A stretch of 50,109 bases of DNA. Source: Shigella phage pSf-2. The stretch lies in the sequence record KP085586; one strand, written 5' to 3'. The stretch's first letter is position 1; each line of letters opens with the position of its first letter. A program made the translations under genes and the position numbers. A model generated the notes under the pieces. The model was given only the letters and a program-made list of their open reading frames with translations, was not told the origin of the DNA and made no database searches. Below are positions 37,045 through 44,616 of the stretch, in pieces.

Positions 37045-37062
37045 TTTAGCAATTCGTGCTAT
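37045..37062 (-). promoter_or_regulatory. 18-bp dyad motif copy (tttagcaattcgtgctat)
   Basis: Overlaps TAG stop of kinase gene; minus strand: 22 nt then tatagt (37019-37024). Confidence 0.7.
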
Positions 37063-37631
37063 TTGTTGATGAACGTGGCGGCTATGTGCTGAGCGGTAAT
37101 TTCTGGATGACCTTCGACAGAAAAGAAGTCACACTCATGATAACCGTTGACACCGATCATATCGTCAAGATAGATATAGTCGCGGCTGTCGTTGTCAAAG
37201 TTGCAACCGTTGCGATGGATTCGACACAGCTTGACCTGGATGTCACCTTCAATCATCTGCAAGATCTCGTCTTTGAATCCACCGTCAGTAAATACCGAAA
37301 GTGAATGCGACTCTTTCACCTTGCTTTCCGCTCGCATACCGAAGAAGCGATTTCCGAACTGCGGCTTGATGACCTCCTCGCTAATCCAGATCATAAACTG
37401 GCGCGGGCTTTTACCGTTCAGGATTGATGCTGGCTCTTCTTTATATCGACGGTCCTCATACAAGAACATGAAATACTCGTAGTTAGCTTCACCCAGGATT
37501 GCCCGGGCAATCTCAAACATTGGCGCTTTGAAGCTGCGTAGCGCTACATGATCGTAAGTGTCAGCCAGGATGCATCCGATAGTGTCCTTTCCTGCGCCAG
37601 GCGCGCCGTTTAAAATGATAGCTGTTTTCAT
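37059..37631 (-). CDS. P-loop kinase (dNMP kinase / polynucleotide kinase-like)
   Basis: N-terminal Walker A MKTAIILNGAPGAGKDT resembling T4 dNMP kinase / Pnk kinase domain. Confidence 0.6.
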   Translation of the reverse strand: MKTAIILNGAPGAGKDTIGCILADTYDHVALRSFKAPMFEIARAILGEANYEYFMFLYEDRRYKEEPASILNGKSPRQFMIWISEEVIKPQFGNRFFGMRAESKVKESHSLSVFTDGGFKDEILQMIEGDIQVKLCRIHRNGCNFDNDSRDYIYLDDMIGVNGYHECDFFSVEGHPEITAQHIAATFINK

Positions 37632-37632
37632 G

Positions 37633-37743
37633 TTAGCATCTCCCTAAAAATAATTTTGCCATATTGATGATAGTGTGATTGATGATTAACAGGATGATAA
37701 CCGTCAATACCGGATGTGCTGCAATAAATTCGTACAGGTTCAT
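37633..37743 (-). CDS. small hydrophobic protein (36 aa, not in ORF track)
   Basis: ATGA overlap with HAD gene stop, TAA 1 nt before kinase ATG; TM segment PVLTVIILLII. Confidence 0.3.
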   Translation of the reverse strand: MNLYEFIAAHPVLTVIILLIINHTIINMAKLFLGRC

Positions 37744-38273
37744 TCATCTACCCCGTGAGATTTTAAATGATTGTGAACGTTATCGCCATAGTCAACTACA
37801 GCGTAAGTGGTTATCCCAAGCGATCGGAATAATGGAATAATTTGCGGCGAGTCATCCCAGGCCGCCAGAATGTTCTCAATACCGATAGCGCGCACCGCCT
37901 CCTCTTTCATCACCGTATCTTTCCGGTTATCGGTGTGCGGACGCATAATCAGGTAATCATATCGCGCACCGTAGCGCTTTAACCATAACTTTGATTCGTG
38001 ACGCACCTCATCACTACGTCCGGTTAAGATAATGACGTGATAACCCGCAGCAAATAATGAGTTCATCACCTCAATAGTGCTCTGAATAGGATCGTCATGA
38101 TTTGCTGCACGGTTAAATTCAGACCAACTTTCCGTAAGGTGCAAATCATTTGTCGGTAGCAAGTGGAGGCGCTTTGAGCCATCGCTAAGCGTTCCGTCAA
38201 AGTCAAAGATTGCTACGCGGCGCGCGCCGAGAAACAGGTTGATTGTCTGGCCCCAAATTGTGATTTTATCCAT
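37740..38273 (-). CDS. HAD-superfamily phosphatase (Pnk 3'-phosphatase / 5'-nucleotidase-like)
   Basis: DxDGT motif FDFDGTL near N-terminus; HAD-like spacing of later Asp residues. Confidence 0.6.
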   Translation of the reverse strand: MDKITIWGQTINLFLGARRVAIFDFDGTLSDGSKRLHLLPTNDLHLTESWSEFNRAANHDDPIQSTIEVMNSLFAAGYHVIILTGRSDEVRHESKLWLKRYGARYDYLIMRPHTDNRKDTVMKEEAVRAIGIENILAAWDDSPQIIPLFRSLGITTYAVVDYGDNVHNHLKSHGVDE

Positions 38274-38476
38274 TATGCTTTCTCCTGTACGCGAATGATT
38301 TTGATGGTTAATTCTTCTTCAACAATTTTGTAGCCGGATGATTCAAATTTACTCTCACGAGTCTGATTGCATGAATCAATAACGACCTGGCTATTCTGAA
38401 TATCGTCAGCCATGCCGATTAGCATGCTAACGATCTGCGTTCTCGTTTCGTTGCTCATTCCGGTAATAGTTTTCAT
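38273..38476 (-). CDS. hypothetical protein (start moved to internal ATG)
   Basis: acgaggaag SD before ATG 38476; track start 38518 lies inside promoter hairpin. Confidence 0.45.
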   Translation of the reverse strand: MKTITGMSNETRTQIVSMLIGMADDIQNSQVVIDSCNQTRESKFESSGYKIVEEELTIKIIRVQEKA

Positions 38477-38532
38477 GATCGCTTCCTCGTTTGTTGGCGT
38501 AGGGGAATCATAGCGCATTCCCCTTGATAGGT

Positions 38533-38550
38533 TTTAGCAATTCGTGCTAT
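38533..38550 (-). promoter_or_regulatory. 18-bp dyad motif copy (tttagcaattcgtgctat)
   Basis: Minus strand: 22 nt then tatgat inside 8-bp inverted repeat aggggaat/attcccct. Confidence 0.7.
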
Positions 38551-38752
38551 TCGTTTTAATGGTGATGCAAAAATAATTTTTTAAGCACGTCACCACGCGC
38601 GCCGAATCGACTTGTGGGAGCCTTAAAATTTCGTGGACCAATTGCACTGCCGAAACCTCAGATTTGTAGTAGTGTGCGATTCTGGAGCTATTTGGGAGCA
38701 TTCCTTCCACTGCATCGCGTGCTGCATCTTCTGCTGTCATGATGGTAGCCAT
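38534..38752 (-). CDS. hypothetical protein; C-terminus encoded by the motif
   Basis: 72-codon ORF ending ...NSTNC* across the motif. Confidence 0.35.
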   Translation of the reverse strand: MATIMTAEDAARDAVEGMLPNSSRIAHYYKSEVSAVQLVHEILRLPQVDSARVVTCLKNYFCITIKTNSTNC

Positions 38753-38855
38753 AAAACACCCTTAAGAGATAATGTCAGGATCAGTAGGCAAAATAGCAAC
38801 TCCTGAAATGATGGCGGCTCGTTATTCCAGTTAGAAAAGTCTGGCATAGTGTTTT

Positions 38856-38893
38856 CTCCAAAAGAAAGGGGAACCGTTCAGAGCCGATTCCCC
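38856..38893 (-). terminator. Rho-independent terminator
   Basis: ggggaa/ttcccc stem with 14-nt loop followed by T-rich run on minus strand. Confidence 0.45.
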
Positions 38894-38900
38894 ATTAGCA

Positions 38901-39539
38901 TTACATGATGAACAACAGCGAAATCGAAGCGACCAAGAGAACAAGAGCGATAGCCAAACCAGACAAATCTGCCTTCTCTTCAAACTTCAGCGCTGGCTTA
39001 CGGTCAACTTCCGACGGCTTGACGTTGTGGATCTTGTTAGCTGCAACATTGCCATTGACGCTGAAAGTGCGCTTGCGCTTCTTGCCGAACGTTGCGAACT
39101 TAGTGCCGCCGCTGTTCCAGCGAAGGCCTTCGCCATTGTGAGTTACGGTTGCAATTCGGTGGCGGCCCGTGTCATCGGTCAGCGCTACAGTGTGCTTTGC
39201 GTGCTCAGTAGGCACGTCGTAGATTTTGCCAACAGTAAATTTTTTGGTGTTATCGCTGATACATTCGAATTTCATAAATTTTACCTCTTTATTATGCAGT
39301 TGGTTGATTGCTTCGATTACGTCGTTAAATTTAACACCATCCACGATCCGATGAAAGATATATTTTGAACTACCGCCATACGGAAGGAAAATTTCCTGAT
39401 ATTCGCGACGACGGACAATGTTCACGTTACTACCGTGCTCATCAGTAATGATGAAGCTGTCATCATTTACGCGAACACCTTTGTAAGTTTTTCCCCACTT
39501 AAAACCAGATCCGCTACTTGATACGCATTCAAATTTCAT
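38901..39539 (-). CDS. tail-anchored membrane protein with two tandem copies of a small Cys-containing domain
   Basis: Repeats MKFECVSSSGSGFKWGKTYKGV and MKFECISDNTKKFTVGKIYDV; C-terminal TM LAIALVLLVASISLLFI. Confidence 0.55.
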   Translation of the reverse strand: MKFECVSSSGSGFKWGKTYKGVRVNDDSFIITDEHGSNVNIVRRREYQEIFLPYGGSSKYIFHRIVDGVKFNDVIEAINQLHNKEVKFMKFECISDNTKKFTVGKIYDVPTEHAKHTVALTDDTGRHRIATVTHNGEGLRWNSGGTKFATFGKKRKRTFSVNGNVAANKIHNVKPSEVDRKPALKFEEKADLSGLAIALVLLVASISLLFIM

Positions 39540-39823
39540 GGTCTAACCTTCCTGTAAGGTTTGATTGATAACATCACGTACTGCGTGAAGTAGCATTCTT
39601 GCTCGTCATACCCGCGATTGATGTATGGCGTCACATCAGTAACATCAGATACCCTGGCGTGAACTTCCCACCCGGTAAACTCATCGCGATCGAACTCGCA
39701 TAGCTCCAGGATATCGCCAGGCTGGAAGTTTCGGTCATTGACGCGGAACTCTGCCGTTTTGGTTCCGTTCATTACTCCGATGAAATGTACCGGGGCGATT
39801 TTTAACTTATGAGTTTTGCTCAT
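39536..39823 (-). CDS. ASCH/DUF3850-like PUA-fold protein
   Basis: N-terminal KLKIAPVHF...GTKTAEFRVNDRNFQPGDIL pattern. Confidence 0.5.
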   Translation of the reverse strand: MSKTHKLKIAPVHFIGVMNGTKTAEFRVNDRNFQPGDILELCEFDRDEFTGWEVHARVSDVTDVTPYINRGYDEQECYFTQYVMLSIKPYRKVRP

Positions 39824-40013
39824 CTTTCTTTACCTCGAATGTCACGTTCCAGAATTTATTGCCGCATGAATGATAGATTACGTCCTGAGACGTGAGTTCG
39901 TGCAATGCGTGCCCGATAATCTCCATTCTGTCGTTCGGTGTCAATCCGCGAAGTGATTCGCGTATGCGTGATGCCTTGTCGTAAATCTGCCACTGAGTGA
40001 GTCGTGTAGCCAT
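39807..40013 (-). CDS. hypothetical protein (start moved to internal ATG)
   Basis: Track start 40055 lies inside promoter hairpin; ATG 40013 follows aaccaatcagag leader. Confidence 0.4.
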   Translation of the reverse strand: MATRLTQWQIYDKASRIRESLRGLTPNDRMEIIGHALHELTSQDVIYHSCGNKFWNVTFEVKKDEQNS

Positions 40014-40079
40014 AGCTGATTTCTCTGATTGGTTGCCGTGCTTCAATAAGGCCACTATATCAAATGGCCTTGCGGAAGG

Positions 40080-40097
40080 TTTAGCAATTCGTGCTAT
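40080..40097 (-). promoter_or_regulatory. 18-bp dyad motif copy (tttagcaattcgtgctat)
   Basis: Minus strand: 22 nt then tatagt inside inverted repeat aaggcca/tggcctt. Confidence 0.7.
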
Positions 40098-40243
40098 CGT
40101 TTAACGCACATCGTTTTTACTTCATATCCGAACGGCTTATTCTCTGCAATTACTTCCCGAGCCTTGTTGCATGATTGCTCACTTTCCATGTATACGTGAT
40201 CCGGCCCAGTGCCCATTAAGATAATCAAAACCCATGCAGCCAT
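40094..40243 (-). CDS. small hydrophobic-N-terminus protein (49 aa, not in ORF track)
   Basis: gaggtg SD; TAATG overlap with upstream gene; TAG stop inside motif. Confidence 0.35.
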   Translation of the reverse strand: MAAWVLIILMGTGPDHVYMESEQSCNKAREVIAENKPFGYEVKTMCVKR

Positions 40244-40749
40244 TATTTCACCTCATAGCGTACAAGTGTTCCGCGCTTAATGCTGATTTCACCTGATACA
40301 GTCTTGTTCTTAAAGCCGCCGTAATGCAACAGGAGAATCACTACGTCATCGTGTACCTCAATAGTTTTAGGCGTTGCGGTAATGTCGGCCCAGGATTCGC
40401 TATCAAGCTGGACACCCTTTAGCGTCGCGCTCAATGGCATGTTCTCGATCTGAGTGCACTGTAGCATTGGCTTGATTTCTGGCTTTGCAGCTTTGAATAT
40501 TGAGCCTTCAATCTTCCAGCTATCATACAAGCTGTAAGCATTCTGATTGCCACTCATAATGTAGTGGTAGTCCTTATTTGGTGAATTTTCTTTATTCACT
40601 TCGTTATGTCTGGCTATAAACCATTCCAGCTTAAGCTGCGACACCTCATCGGTGGCCCACGTACCCTTATCTTCATCGGTGAACGTAATTTCACCACATC
40701 CCAGACTGATAAATTTGATCGGGAATTTGACGTCTTCTAATTTCAACAT
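40243..40749 (-). CDS. hypothetical protein
   Basis: 168-codon ORF, aagagga SD, first gene after promoter at 40806. Confidence 0.55.
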   Translation of the reverse strand: MLKLEDVKFPIKFISLGCGEITFTDEDKGTWATDEVSQLKLEWFIARHNEVNKENSPNKDYHYIMSGNQNAYSLYDSWKIEGSIFKAAKPEIKPMLQCTQIENMPLSATLKGVQLDSESWADITATPKTIEVHDDVVILLLHYGGFKNKTVSGEISIKRGTLVRYEVK

Positions 40750-40805
40750 AACTCTTTCCTCTTAGTTGTTGGCGTGGGGATTATACCAGTCAGGACAAAT
40801 CCCCT

Positions 40806-40823
40806 TTTAACAATTCGTGCTTA
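40806..40823 (-). promoter_or_regulatory. 18-bp dyad motif copy, variant (tttaacaattcgtgctta)
   Basis: Minus strand: 22 nt then consensus tataat inside inverted repeat ggggatt/aatcccc. Confidence 0.7.
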
Positions 40824-41309
40824 GTAAACTAACTCGCACTCAATATCGAACGGCTCGGCGTTACAGTGGAAGAAGCAAAGTGCCTCTTTATTCATCCCGC
40901 CGACAAATCCAACGGCTCGCAACTGCTCATCGTTAACGTATGCCAGGTTGCCAGTAATTCTTTCAAAGTCCACAATAACTGGGAACGTGCGGTTCTCATA
41001 ACCTGGTCGCATCGGGTAGCCGCCATTGTTGAGAAGTCGAACCTTGCGCGGCTTAGGATTTGCTTGGACTTCCCATCCGAAGAAGAACATCGTTCCGTCA
41101 TTCTCGTTAAGGTCAGCCGGACCAAATACAGGGCTAACCGAAAGTCCATAGTCCAGATCGTACACTCCAGCTTTAACCAGATCGTCAACCTTAACGCGGT
41201 AGCCTCCAGTGCTGGAATCGCATTTAACCGCATCAACCACGATAGGGTCTGCTTCCAGGTTTCGGGTAAAGCCTTTGTAACCGCCAGTGCAAAGTAATTT
41301 GATTTTCAT
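40821..41309 (-). CDS. hypothetical protein
   Basis: 162-codon ORF downstream of promoter at 41367. Confidence 0.55.
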   Translation of the reverse strand: MKIKLLCTGGYKGFTRNLEADPIVVDAVKCDSSTGGYRVKVDDLVKAGVYDLDYGLSVSPVFGPADLNENDGTMFFFGWEVQANPKPRKVRLLNNGGYPMRPGYENRTFPVIVDFERITGNLAYVNDEQLRAVGFVGGMNKEALCFFHCNAEPFDIECELVY

Positions 41310-41366
41310 GTTTGTATCCTCGTTCGTTGTCGATGGGGTTACTATATCGCAACCCCGATATTGTGT

Positions 41367-41384
41367 TTTAACAAAAAGTGCTAT
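41367..41384 (-). promoter_or_regulatory. 18-bp dyad motif copy (tttaacaaaaagtgctat)
   Basis: Overlaps TAG stop of 41381..41572; minus strand: 22 nt then tatagt. Confidence 0.7.
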
Positions 41385-41572
41385 TCTTTAATCTCGAAGC
41401 AATCAGTATCTTCGTCGAATATCCAGGGATCGCCATTATCATCAAGCAATGAGATATTCCCGAAGCTGGTTAGTGACGCGTTATAAGGCTTGTTAACGGT
41501 AAAGCACCCTTTAACTTCCTCATCATCACTGCCTTTGAATACTGCAATCATTTGGTGCATAAAATCAGCCAT
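41381..41572 (-). CDS. hypothetical acidic small protein
   Basis: 63-codon ORF, aggat SD. Confidence 0.45.
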   Translation of the reverse strand: MADFMHQMIAVFKGSDDEEVKGCFTVNKPYNASLTSFGNISLLDDNGDPWIFDEDTDCFEIKE

Positions 41573-41581
41573 TGTTAAATC

Positions 41582-41752
41582 CTATTCGCAAGTAATTTCA
41601 TTTGATGTGATTGGTAGCAATACGTTGCCGACCATCATGAACGTAGTAACCTGGTTTCCGGTTTCATGGCATCGCTCTTTTACCTCTCCACAACCGGACA
41701 CCACAAGGATAGCCAGGGCGACCGCCGCCATCATGCAAATAAGAATACGCAT
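41582..41752 (-). CDS. small lipoprotein candidate (start moved to internal ATG)
   Basis: Signal peptide with lipobox VVSGC; track start 41773 is GTG; TGATG coupling with upstream small ORF. Confidence 0.4.
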   Translation of the reverse strand: MRILICMMAAVALAILVVSGCGEVKERCHETGNQVTTFMMVGNVLLPITSNEITCE

Positions 41753-41862
41753 CATTCGAACGCTCCAGCACACAGTAGTAACATGATTACGATCCCGTCA
41801 ATGGCATGACCCATGCAGAAGAACCAGACGGCAGACCATAAGGCAATTGTATTGAAGTTCAT
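41752..41862 (-). CDS. small hydrophobic protein (36 aa, not in ORF track)
   Basis: gaggtg SD, ATGA overlap with upstream gene; hydrophobic LWSAVWFFCMG...IVIMLLLCAGA. Confidence 0.3.
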   Translation of the reverse strand: MNFNTIALWSAVWFFCMGHAIDGIVIMLLLCAGAFE

Positions 41863-42086
41863 TTCAGCACCTCGATCTTGTTGTCACCGATTGAGTTTTC
41901 TACTACCGATTGCGGGTCATCGCCAGGAACGCGCATGTAGAAATTACTAACCGCCGTGAAGTTCCATTGACCGCGCCACTTGAAATAGACTCCGTGCTTT
42001 GCGCCCATGGCGTAGTGAGTTGATTTTGCCGGGATCATGTGCCCGTTGACTCGGGTTAGTTGAGTTAGGTTGCTGTAACGTGGCAT
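41859..42086 (-). CDS. hypothetical protein
   Basis: 75-codon ORF in coupled operon. Confidence 0.5.
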   Translation of the reverse strand: MPRYSNLTQLTRVNGHMIPAKSTHYAMGAKHGVYFKWRGQWNFTAVSNFYMRVPGDDPQSVVENSIGDNKIEVLK

Positions 42087-42091
42087 GATTA

Positions 42092-42322
42092 TTACTCCTC
42101 AATTAAAGTGCTGATATCGTCAAAGCCCTGGAGGTCTGCGTTCCAGACTAGGAAGTTTGCAAGGTTTTCGCACCACACCCATTTCCCGTTATCCTCCATG
42201 TATGTTTTGTGCCCACCCGGTACGGCACTGACAGCAAATCGCTTGTTGTCGCGAGTGATGAAAATAGCAAAGCGGTTGTGGCTGGTTGAGTCGATGGCTT
42301 GCTGGTTCTTGACGATTGACAT
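42092..42322 (-). CDS. hypothetical protein
   Basis: 76-codon ORF; accaatcagagg leader before ATG 42322. Confidence 0.5.
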   Translation of the reverse strand: MSIVKNQQAIDSTSHNRFAIFITRDNKRFAVSAVPGGHKTYMEDNGKWVWCENLANFLVWNADLQGFDDISTLIEE

Positions 42323-42386
42323 GGTGATTCCTCTGATTGGTATCTCGTTTCGATGGGGTAACTATATCAAGATACCCCGATTCGTT

Positions 42387-42404
42387 TTTAACAATTCGTG
42401 CTAT
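42387..42404 (-). promoter_or_regulatory. 18-bp dyad motif copy (tttaacaattcgtgctat)
   Basis: Overlaps TAG stop of 42401..42871; minus strand: 22 nt then tatagt flanked by ggggta/tacccc. Confidence 0.7.
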
Positions 42405-42871
42405 TTGGTGAGATATTTCACACAGCTTCCGGCAGTCTCATTCCAGCCATCCTCAAAGAATACGCCATAGCAAGTTGTCGAACGCTGGCGAACCTTCGAC
42501 ACAGTGCGCCACACTTTACGGCCCGAGTAACCAGTCAGCACACGCATCCCCGGCAACAACTCACCAGCCTTTCTCACCTCAATGGTCACATCAGAACCAA
42601 GCTCGAAAGACTCAAGGAAAACCGGGTCAATCATATCACACATGCGGCGCTCTTCATGCCCATCGTGCCACTCGCCACCATCTCTTAATTTAACATGCTC
42701 AATAAATCGACTAAGTTTTTCAGTGATCGAGTCGCAGGCGTAGGAGTTGATATCGATAACCGTGTAGCGACTGTACATATGCCAGTGCGATCCGGTTTTA
42801 TGCTCGAACGCGAATAATGACATAGCGCCGTCAACATTATCTTTAGCAAGAAATACGGTAATGGTCGCCAT
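42401..42871 (-). CDS. hypothetical protein
   Basis: 156-codon ORF, agagg SD. Confidence 0.55.
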   Translation of the reverse strand: MATITVFLAKDNVDGAMSLFAFEHKTGSHWHMYSRYTVIDINSYACDSITEKLSRFIEHVKLRDGGEWHDGHEERRMCDMIDPVFLESFELGSDVTIEVRKAGELLPGMRVLTGYSGRKVWRTVSKVRQRSTTCYGVFFEDGWNETAGSCVKYLTK

Positions 42872-42873
42872 GA

Positions 42874-43068
42874 TTAAGCCTCTGCAAAGTAAGTGTTAAA
42901 GCCTTTGAGTTTGTAGTCGCTACCTACGCGCACAACATTCCAGGTAAGGCCAGAGTGATACGCCACCATATCTTCCAGGTCGATTGTGATTTCAGTTCCT
43001 TTCTTGAACAGACCCTTTTCATGGGTTGAGTCCCGCTGAACAACCACTACGTCAATTTGCGTTTCCAT
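42874..43068 (-). CDS. hypothetical protein (start moved to internal ATG)
   Basis: agagga SD before ATG 43068; track start 43134 lies inside the motif. Confidence 0.45.
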   Translation of the reverse strand: METQIDVVVVQRDSTHEKGLFKKGTEITIDLEDMVAYHSGLTWNVVRVGSDYKLKGFNTYFAEA

Positions 43069-43126
43069 CTTTGTTTCCTCTGTATCGTTTCGATGATAAG
43101 ATAATACCCGATCCGCTAGACCGGGC

Positions 43127-43144
43127 TTTAACAAAAAGTGCTAT
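43127..43144 (-). promoter_or_regulatory. 18-bp dyad motif copy (tttaacaaaaagtgctat)
   Basis: Overlaps TAG stop of 43141..43461; minus strand: 22 nt then tattat. Confidence 0.7.
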
Positions 43145-43461
43145 TCTACGGTAAACTCGACGTCGGTGATTTTCCACCCCTCAGTCTTGGGAGTGGTGAG
43201 GTTCTCAATTTCAAGAATGTTACCCTCAACCTTGAGGAATTTTAGATCTTGCCCACTTATTTCACGCAACTTACCTACGAGCATTCCAGCGTTTAGTCTT
43301 ACGACGCTCTCATCGAATCCTTTTGTGAAGTATCCTGGGCCAACGGTATCAAGGTTTATCTTGATTGACCTCTTACCAATCAGTGCGTCAGCTATCTTCT
43401 TGATGTTTTCCTTCTGCTTACCAATTACCTTACGCCCTTCTTCTGTTAACGGTTTAAACAT
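43141..43461 (-). CDS. hypothetical protein
   Basis: 106-codon ORF. Confidence 0.5.
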   Translation of the reverse strand: MFKPLTEEGRKVIGKQKENIKKIADALIGKRSIKINLDTVGPGYFTKGFDESVVRLNAGMLVGKLREISGQDLKFLKVEGNILEIENLTTPKTEGWKITDVEFTVE

Positions 43462-43473
43462 AGTAATTTCTCC

Positions 43474-43989
43474 TCACAGTCCGCACTTTTCGATATGCGC
43501 TTTCATCTGGCGAACCAGGTCGCGCACGGTGCTTACAGCCACGTCACCTTTCTCAAGGTCATCAATATCAGGAACAAACGAGTCCAGGCAGTCGGACAGG
43601 CTAACTTTTTTCCGGCTACGGCGCTTCTTCACCGGAACCTCTTCATCAGTAACGGTAACGGTTATCATTGTGATTGCCGACTCATTCCGGCCCACCTTCA
43701 CCTTTGCCATCTTGCCGTACTTGCAGAAGTGCCGGGTAATAATCGGAGTGATGAAAGCAGACTTAAATCGCTTCTCCACCTCCTTCCCGTTCGAGGTCAA
43801 CCATGTTGATACACCTCGCTCAATCTCTTCCTCTGTAATATCCCGATCTCGGAAGTAAAATTTTACCGCCTCTCTCGCCATATCATCAGCCAAGAAAGAG
43901 AACTCGGTCATGCCTTTGTCGCGATACATTGCGTCGCAGGTTAGGCGAATCATGTCGGTGATTTTTAATTCCTGACTGGTATTGCTCAT
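43474..43989 (-). CDS. hypothetical protein, first gene of leftward early operon
   Basis: 171-codon ORF, basic patch KKRRSRKK. Confidence 0.55.
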   Translation of the reverse strand: MSNTSQELKITDMIRLTCDAMYRDKGMTEFSFLADDMAREAVKFYFRDRDITEEEIERGVSTWLTSNGKEVEKRFKSAFITPIITRHFCKYGKMAKVKVGRNESAITMITVTVTDEEVPVKKRRSRKKVSLSDCLDSFVPDIDDLEKGDVAVSTVRDLVRQMKAHIEKCGL

Positions 43990-44047
43990 AATATATCCTC
44001 TTTGTCTATTCGCGTGTAAATGGTGTCATAATGTGTCAACAATTGCC

Positions 44048-44076
44048 ATTGTGACATCTCGATGTAGAGCTGTCAA
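44048..44076 (-). promoter_or_regulatory. sigma70-like promoter candidate (TTGACA-17-CACAAT) for leftward early operon
   Basis: Consensus -35 with 17-bp spacer, 58 nt upstream of ATG 43989; TGTCA/TGACA inverted repeats nearby. Confidence 0.4.
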
Positions 44077-44129
44077 TGCCTGCGAGCCAATTTTAAGCCG
44101 TGTAACATTTGTCTAGCTGTCTATAGCCA

Positions 44130-44390
44130 CTATAGAAATATATGGCTCTCAAAAAAAGTACTGTATATATAAACACTCAGATAGAAATATGCCAACAGTA
44201 CGCTAGACAATGTAAGACAGCTATACACAACTATTACAATATAATTATCTATATATATAAATAAAAAAAACACTATATATATTATATATATACATATATC
44301 TATATGTATATTGTGAGGCGTCACAGTGTGTATTTTTGTCACAAGTGCGATTCTAGACAAATATTACAGTCGTGACAAGTTAAAGTGTAA
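44130..44390. repeat. AT-rich tract with (TA)n/ATATA runs and TAGACA / GTCACAAG repeats; candidate origin or early control region
   Basis: Long ATATATA-type tracts at 44160-44320; repeated ctagacaa, gtcacaag/gtgacaag words. Confidence 0.45.
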
Positions 44391-44393
44391 TCG

Positions 44394-44411
44394 ATAGCAC
44401 TTTTTGCTAAA
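44394..44411 (+). promoter_or_regulatory. 18-bp dyad motif copy (atagcactttttgctaaa)
   Basis: First rightward copy; no clear -10 at 22 bp. Confidence 0.5.
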
Positions 44412-44598
44412 AATGGAGATGAATGCCAGGCGAACCGGGTAACACCAATTCCTCCCTCTCACAATCATTGCATTCTCAGCAACAAATCAACCAACTGTTG
44501 CACACCATGCAATAATCACGTTTCATCATTCGTAATCAATAACAATCAAGATTATTCCACCTATTCCAGTATTGATTGAATAATGAGCAATTATTGGA

Positions 44599-44616
44599 AT
44601 AGCATTTTTTGCTAAC
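44599..44616 (+). promoter_or_regulatory. 18-bp dyad motif copy, variant (atagcattttttgctaac)
   Basis: tatgat about 23 nt downstream, then caaccaatcaggag leader to ATG 44675. Confidence 0.6.

Noticed and set aside
38753-38860. Possible 36-aa ORF just downstream of the terminator at 38856
   Set aside because: Has a ggaga SD but overlaps the start of 38534..38752; too uncertain to call without expression data.
44130-44360. 76-aa minus-strand ORF in the ORF track
   Set aside because: Lies entirely in the AT-rich repeat tract; translation is low-complexity Ile/Tyr/Phe runs with no ribosome-binding site; treated as artefact of the repeat.
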